A stretch of 61,235 nucleotides of DNA, counting the filler, from Stramenopiles sp. TOSAG23-3 (lineage: Eukaryota): assembly GCA_900128585.1 (NCBI GenBank). It is 6 parts of 6 records of this genome, joined end to end, with 100 filler letters (N's around TTAATTAATTAA, not from the genome) between each part and the next. Parts side by side here need not be neighbours in the genome. Positions count along the whole stretch, not along the records: positions 55,343 to 57,240 come from LT645263.1; positions 57,341 to 59,238 come from LT645264.1; positions 59,339 to 61,235 come from LT645265.1; 3 more parts are not named here. One strand, written 5' to 3'. Both the position numbers and the translations under genes were made by a program. Of this stretch, positions 55,343-61,235 are shown in pieces. The stretch's first letter is position 1, and each line of letters begins with the position of its first letter. The notes under the pieces were generated by a model that made no database searches, was not told where the DNA came from, and was given only the letters and a program-made list of their open reading frames with translations.

Positions 55343-56771
55343 TTAACAAATTGATGGGGTCGTGGTACATCAGCTCCGTCTTGACATCGTCCGGCAAGGC
55401 CAGCAAATGTTTTGCAGAAATCGCGTTTTCCGTAGATGCCCAGGTGTACGTAAGGAACGCACGGATTTTGTTTCTAGTTTCCAGGGGAATGTCTCTAAAC
55501 TCGAGGTACTTGTTCGCCCCGTCCAATTTTTTCTGAAATGCAAGGGCCCGGCTGTCTTGCTTCAAAACCAAAAGCGTCAAGTTTGCAACAGCGGCAGCCG
55601 TCAGCAGCATTCCAGCGTACAGCGACAAGGTAGTAACCCAAGTCGCAATAGGACTCTGCGGCACAATGTCGCCCAAACCGATAGTCACCATGGTAATAAT
55701 TGCCCAGTACTGGGAACGGCAGTATCTGTTGAAGCCAGACGTCAGAAAACAGAGCGTTGCCAATCCTTTGCCATTTTCCTGGGTAAACGTGGTTGCCATG
55801 GTCGCCAGGCAGGGCGCGCTGCTGTTCTGCGCCGGGCTGGATGTGCCATTCGCGGGAGGAAAGCCCCCTGGGTCTTGAAGAACCACCCACAGCCCGTCCT
55901 TTTCCGGCCATGTAGGCTCATCGGGGTACGCCCGAGCCACGTACAGGGCGCAAAAATAGAAAAGGCAACCAAAGTAATGAGCAAACGTGTACATGCACAT
56001 AAACAGGAAGACCATCCTTTCGTACGCGATGTCAAACGTTTGGTCATCGCCCAAGAAATCGGTGAAGTGGTACCGTTGAAGACGAATCATTCGAAACAAA
56101 CGGTTCGATCGAAGAACTGCAAACAAGAAATCGCCCCGAGCGCCAAAGAGTGCAGCAAAAAGTTCAAACGGTACAGTTGCAAACATGTCTACCCAAAACG
56201 TACCGTTATGCTCATAGGAGAGCATTTTGTTATCGTCCCGACCCCTCTTTCGGCGAAGATATATGTCTATGGCGCACAAAGAGTCCACGACGTAATCCAT
56301 CACGTGCAGCCCGGTGTTACGGCCGTTCAGAATGTTGTAGTTCAGGTAACATATTTGAACTGGCGTTACAAAAACGTTATAAAGCAGGCATACCAATTGG
56401 AGAATCATCCACAACAGGGCCTGCCGTTTCGTATAGCCTTTGTGCCTTAGAGCCAAGGACTCCGCTCTATTCATGTTGTAAATGTCTACGTCCACTATTT
56501 GCCTATCAACGTGAACAAGAGAGTCTGCCCTGAAAAGTTCCCGCGCAGTTGCATCCGCGGAGGGACCCCCTTCGCCAGACATTTCCAATTCAAAAACAGC
56601 CTTGGGGACGGTACCATCCCCCTCTTTCTCGCCACGGTGGCTTACCTCGAGGCAAACCTCTTCGGTTTCGACAGACTCAGACTCCATCGCAACCGCCGCT
56701 GTGCTGTTGTTCACCCTGGCAATTTTATCTTGAGAGAAAAACTGTCCAGCTGGTTCTTCAACGCTCGTCAT
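55343..56771 (-). CDS. Voltage-gated / cyclic-nucleotide-binding-domain family cation (K+) channel, 3'-truncated
   Basis: S1-S6 pattern; S4 LRSNRLFRMIRL; pore YWAIITMVTIGLGDIVP; C-linker IPLETRNKIRAF…LPDDVK. Confidence 0.9.
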
Positions 56772-57167
56772 CAATCACCAACGCTTCAATCGCCCAAATG
56801 GCGTTTACTATACTTTAATGCATACAACGTCGTACTAAATTAAATAAAACCGAACGAACATCATCCGTAATATATCATCGTCATATTTTATCACATTTAA
56901 AGTAATAAACAAAAACAACTGGAATAGAAACACAGTTGTTTCATGTGATAAGCTGCTTGAAGAAAGAAGATGGTGGTGGTGGAGAAAAAAATTCAAGATC
57001 AATAATAGAGTTAATGAGAGAATATAAAATTATATAGGAATATTATTTTAAGTATAGCATAGCGTAGACTAGACACCACTTTATTTAGGGCTAGGACTAA
57101 CTATAAGCCCTAATCGAATCTATTATATCTTTCATAGTATATATAGTTAAAATTTGCTTCTTCTCTT

Positions 57168-57240
57168 GAATGCGTGCATTTCATGCCTATAGCACCGATA
57201 CCCATCCCGCACATCGAAGTTAAGCGGCATCGAGCAAGGT
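57168..57240 (+). rRNA. 5S rRNA, 5' part (truncated by scaffold end)
   Basis: GAATGCGTGCAT…GCACCGATACCCATCCCG…CGAAGTTAAGC…GAGC aligns to the eukaryotic 5S consensus; ATGCC/GGCAT can pair as helix II. Confidence 0.85.
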
Positions 57241-58328
57241 NNNNNNNNNNNNNNNNNNNNNNNNNNNNNNNNNNNNNNNNNNNNTTAATTAATTAANNNN
57301 NNNNNNNNNNNNNNNNNNNNNNNNNNNNNNNNNNNNNNNNCCATTTCCAGCCTTGGTGGGCTCGCCACTGCCGTCGTGGGGGCTGCGTTCGACGCTGCCA
57401 GCAGCTGGTGGGGGGGGGGGGGGGGGGGGGGGAAGGCAATGCACGCAAGTCGACGCTAACAGGCAAAATACCTCCGTCCGAATCAATAGATAAACAAGTA
57501 GACGTCTACTCTTTCGTTGATTATTCCAAGTATATAAAAAAAGCGCTGTGAAGCTTCTTCCATGTGTTGCAATAATCCATACAACAAGAAGAAGAGGAGG
57601 TTGTTTGAATAAATACACGGTGGTGGTGTGACAATAATTTAAATTAATTAATAATAAAAAAAAAAAGTGGTGGTTGAATTCAACAATTCTATTAGTCTTC
57701 TATAATAATACTTAAAGGAAGTACTATTTGAATATAACAGTGCAACAACAGGGAAAAAGAAAATAATAAAAAAATATTAAATACTCTGGAAGGAAGAAGG
57801 AAGAAGGAAGGAAGGAAGGAAAAAGAATCCAATCTCTGTGTTCTCAATGCTTTGTTCCCTTTTAAAGTGATTTAAAAAGGGGTTCATGCGTTCATGGTGA
57901 AAAACTAAAATAGTTACCTATCTAACATTACATACAGATATATATTATATACAAACAAACAAGGACAGATAATAATTACAATCTTAAATACAGAAAACAA
58001 TACAGGCACCTTGCATTGCAAGAAAAAAGAAAAAGAAGGAAAAAGGATTTTTTAATAGATAAAGAGTACCCTAACCATAACAGGGACACAATTGGATGTA
58101 CTTTGAAAAAAAAAAAAGGTAAAAACAATTAAACAGGGACACAGGACGATGTATAAGAGATTAAAAAAATAAATTGATTAACCGTGAAAAAAAGTCACTG
58201 GAAATATAGTGAAAACAACCATTAAGGATAGTTGCCCGCTGTGCAATTGACGGACCGTGAAAAAATATCGACCTTAATCCAAGCGTTGGGTGCATTGAAA
58301 TAGTGAAGAAGAAAAACAAAAATTAATG

Positions 58329-58410
58329 TGTCCGCTGTGGGGTTTGAACCCACGCATTCGAAAATATCACGGCCTTAACGTGACCCCTTAGACCACTCGG
58401 GCAAACGGAC
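58329..58410 (-). tRNA. tRNA-Leu (anticodon AAG)
   Basis: GTCCGTT/AGCGGAC acceptor stem, CCGAGTGGTCTAAGG D arm, TCACG-TTAAGGC-CGTGA anticodon arm, long variable arm, GGTTCAAA T loop, downstream T run. Confidence 0.95.
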
Positions 58411-58675
58411 AGGTCTTTTTCATCGTATGATATGTTTCATACATTGTATTTAATGTAGTCACTTTTTACATATTTATATAAAATAGTAATGAATAAAGGG
58501 TAGTTATAGTTAGTACTATGGATGTACATCCTTCTATTTAAAAGGAATGAAAGGGATCCTTGAATGTACATAGAACATAAAACATAGAAATAAATACGAG
58601 GATAGCTTTAAATACTACAGTAGCTAAAAGCTATCTCTGTATAAATAAAAGGAAGAAGGAAGAAAGAAAGAGTCG

Positions 58676-58676
58676 A

Positions 58677-58736
<60 letters not shown>

Positions 58737-58738
58737 AA
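58676..58738. repeat. (GAAA)n microsatellite
   Basis: Tandem GAAA. Confidence 0.95.
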
Positions 58739-59636
58739 AACAAAAAACAACAACAACAAAAAATTCAAAAAAAAAGAAAAAATCAATTTATTTTTATCTA
58801 TATAAATACAGCATTACATAACTACAGCATAGATAAAACATAAATAAAATCAAAGAAAAGATATTTTAAATTAAATAGGGAAATATCCTAGTCTAGTTTA
58901 GTACTAAGTAAGGCTTAGGTTTGAGTTTAAGTTGTACTTAACTTAAACATAACACTATAATTGAAAATTATTTTATAAAATTAAATAACGCTTACTTCTT
59001 TGTTTTTTCACTTTCTGTTGCATGCTGTGTAAGTGTATACTTTACAAAAAATGGGAATTTATTTCTTCTTTTTCAATTTTTTATTTTCAATTTTATTATT
59101 AAAATTATTTATTTATTATTATATTTTCAATACTATTATTTTTCAACGATACTAAATTCTTCTTCATCCTTATTAATATTATAGCAGAGGAGGGTTCCTT
59201 TTCCCTATGCTATGTCAATATATTTCAATATAGAATTTNNNNNNNNNNNNNNNNNNNNNNNNNNNNNNNNNNNNNNNNNNNNTTAATTAATTAANNNNNN
59301 NNNNNNNNNNNNNNNNNNNNNNNNNNNNNNNNNNNNNNTTGACTTCTTCTTCGTTCGTCGCGAAGAAAGAAGGAAAATATATTAAGAATATTTTGTTGGG
59401 ATTCGCGTTGTATTTTATTGATTGTTGTGCACGGAGAGGCAGAAGAAAGAAGAGCGCTACAAATTCAAAGTATATATGGGGTTTACGGACTGTCCACGAA
59501 GAAAATTGCAAAGGCCCTAGAAGTATCTACACCCTTTGCGTCTTGATCAGACACAAACATTTCATCATTTGTGCACGCGCGCATTATTTCCTCCCCTATC
59601 TCTTTCTGTCCCCCTCCCACACACACTCCCACCAGC

Positions 59637-61235
59637 ATGGACCGGCCAGCAAAAAAACAAAAGGTCGGACCTTCCAGCATTAAAATTTGTCTATTGGGAG
59701 CAGGTCGGATGGGGAAAGTGCGCGCACCACTAATATACGCGAATCGATATTTGGAATTGGCTGCAATAGTGGATTTAGATGAACGTGCTGGAACGCTCCT
59801 TGCCTCAGAATTTGGGGCAACATACTGCTCTTCTCTTGAGTCTGCCGTGGCAGGCATCAGTTGCCGTGCAGTTTGGATTTCAACACCAACATTTACGCAC
59901 AAATCAGCCATCACTGCAGCGTGCTCACTGCCGAATGTTTCCCATATATTCTGTGAAAAACCTGTCGGGAAGGATTCCGAAGAGATCAAGGTGCTCTTTG
60001 ACCTGTGCCGTGCACATGGCACGACGCTCTGTTGTGGGTTTCAGCGAAGGTTTGACCCGAGTTACGTGGATTTAAAACGGAGGGTGATGTTGGGTGAAAT
60101 AGGGAAGGTGACCATGGGAAATGTCTTCTTTGCGGACCATCCCTGTCCATCGTTAGAATTTCTGAAGAATGGCGGTGATCCATTCCTGGACCTGGCCCCG
60201 CACGATATTGATTTTTTGCGCTGGGTTCTGGAAGACGAGGTAGTGGAGATTTTTTCAACGGGTTCTTCCTCACACCCAGAACTGAAGGAGTGCGGGGTTG
60301 TTGACAATGCAACAATGCTGTGCAAGTTTAGCAGTGGCTCTGTGATCACAATCATGATGTCGAGATCGTCCACATACGGGTATGACCAACGCGTGGAATT
60401 ATTTGGGACCAAAGGGTGCATAAGCGTGGAAAACCAGAACAGAACATCTACCGTTGTGAAAGACGGATCCGGAATTCGAAACGACTGTTTCAAGTACTCG
60501 TTTCCGCAGCGCTTCCACGAAGCGTTTGCTGCAGAAGTGGACGCATTCGCAAAGACTGTTCGTTTTAACGAAGTTTGGCCGGTTTCAGAGGATGATTGCA
60601 TCTTAACACAAGTGGTGGCAGAAAAAGCTGGTGTTTCTTTTACTTTGGGAAAGAAAGTGACTCTGGAAAATTCCCCGACGAAGCGCAAGACGGGACTAGT
60701 GGTCAGGCAGATTGGAACTGGGAATTTTGGGAGCTACATGGACAATCTCCTACGGTCTCGCAGCGACGGGTCGAAGTACTTTCAACTCCCGGCCTACTCG
60801 AGGTCTAAATGTCCCCATTTGCAATGGCCACGAGACGTTGTCGACAATGTCTCGACAGAAGCCTTCTATGTTTGCAGCCCCGATCGTCACCACGAGATGC
60901 ATGGGGTCCAATGCCTGAAGGCCGGGAAGCACGTTTTAATAGAAAAGCCGGTAACGCCAGACTTTGACAGAGTAATGAAGACAGCGTTGGCAGTTTCTGA
61001 TCAAATGCAAAGGGAGCTTGTTGTCATGGTTGGTTTTCATAGGAGGTTTGACTCCCAATTTGTTGAAGCAAAGAGATTCGTTCGTATGAATCGTGTAGAC
61101 ACGGTGTGCATCACGTCGTTCGACCCAGTGCCGCCAGAACCAAATCTGGAATTTGTCGTTAAAAATTCGATGTGCCACGACCTGGACATGCTGTTTTTTT
61201 TGTGGCCAGATGCAGAAAGGGTAGAACTCACTAAA
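59637..61235 (+). CDS. Gfo/Idh/MocA oxidoreductase (myo-inositol 2-dehydrogenase-like) with two tandem modules, 3'-truncated
   Basis: Frame open from ATG 59637 to the window end. Module 1: GAGRMG, CEKP, GFQRRFD, HDID, YGYDQRVE. Module 2: IGTGNFG, IEKP, GFHRRFD, HDLD. Confidence 0.9.
   Translation, partial: MDRPAKKQKVGPSSIKICLLGAGRMGKVRAPLIYANRYLELAAIVDLDERAGTLLASEFGATYCSSLESAVAGISCRAVWISTPTFTHKSAITAACSLPNVSHIFCEKPVGKDSEEIKVLFDLCRAHGTTLCCGFQRRFDPSYVDLKRRVMLGEIGKVTMGNVFFADHPCPSLEFLKNGGDPFLDLAPHDIDFLRWVLEDEVVEIFSTGSSSHPELKECGVVDNATMLCKFSSGSVITIMMSRSSTYGYDQRVELFGTKGCISVENQNRTSTVVKDGSGIRNDCFKYSFPQRFHEAFAAEVDAFAKTVRFNEVWPVSEDDCILTQVVAEKAGVSFTLGKKVTLENSPTKRKTGLVVRQIGTGNFGSYMDNLLRSRSDGSKYFQLPAYSRSKCPHLQWPRDVVDNVSTEAFYVCSPDRHHEMHGVQCLKAGKHVLIEKPVTPDFDRVMKTALAVSDQMQRELVVMVGFHRRFDSQFVEAKRFVRMNRVDTVCITSFDPVPPEPNLEFVVKNSMCHDLDMLFFLWPDAERVELTK

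Noticed and set aside
57341-57618. ORF 57289-57618 with a poly-Pro tract from a long G run
   Set aside because: Scaffold-edge fragment dominated by a homopolymer; no supportable product.
55343-61235. Apparent clustering of channel, 5S rRNA, tRNA-Leu and dehydrogenase
   Set aside because: They lie on three separate ~1.9-kb scaffolds joined artificially; only the channel and 5S share a scaffold.

Overview
Eukaryotic, gene-dense, intron-poor protist DNA: GC-rich coding regions separated by AT-rich, microsatellite-rich spacers. Gene content and style suggest a heterotrophic stramenopile (inference only). The window is not one locus. It is six scaffolds joined by artificial N-TTAATTAATTAA-N linkers (about 1-18387, 18488-36820, 36921-55242, 55343-57240, 57341-59238, 59339-61235), so gene neighbourhoods across linkers mean nothing. 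Recognisable genes: sulfatase, archaemetzincin, TBC Rab-GAP, SET methyltransferase, MFS transporter, CIPK-like kinase, tepsin, spliced RRM+Tgs cap methyltransferase, GST kappa, SGNH hydrolase, GH3 glucosidase, Nudix hydrolase, DDX52/ROK1, a CNBD-type K+ channel fragment, a tandem Gfo/Idh/MocA oxidoreductase, tRNA-Leu(AAG) and a partial 5S rRNA. Most notable observations: (1) a ~2.8 kb atypical island at ~41.3-44.1 kb with a truncated Xer/phage-type tyrosine recombinase abutting a sugar-1-phosphate nucleotidyltransferase-like gene, followed by nested palindromes and GC-rich hairpins; (2) two sequence-related introns in one gene (introner-like); (3) a recurring, sense-oriented 3'-flank motif AAAATTGGCTGT; (4) a secreted protein built from seven copies of an unfamiliar Cys-containing domain.
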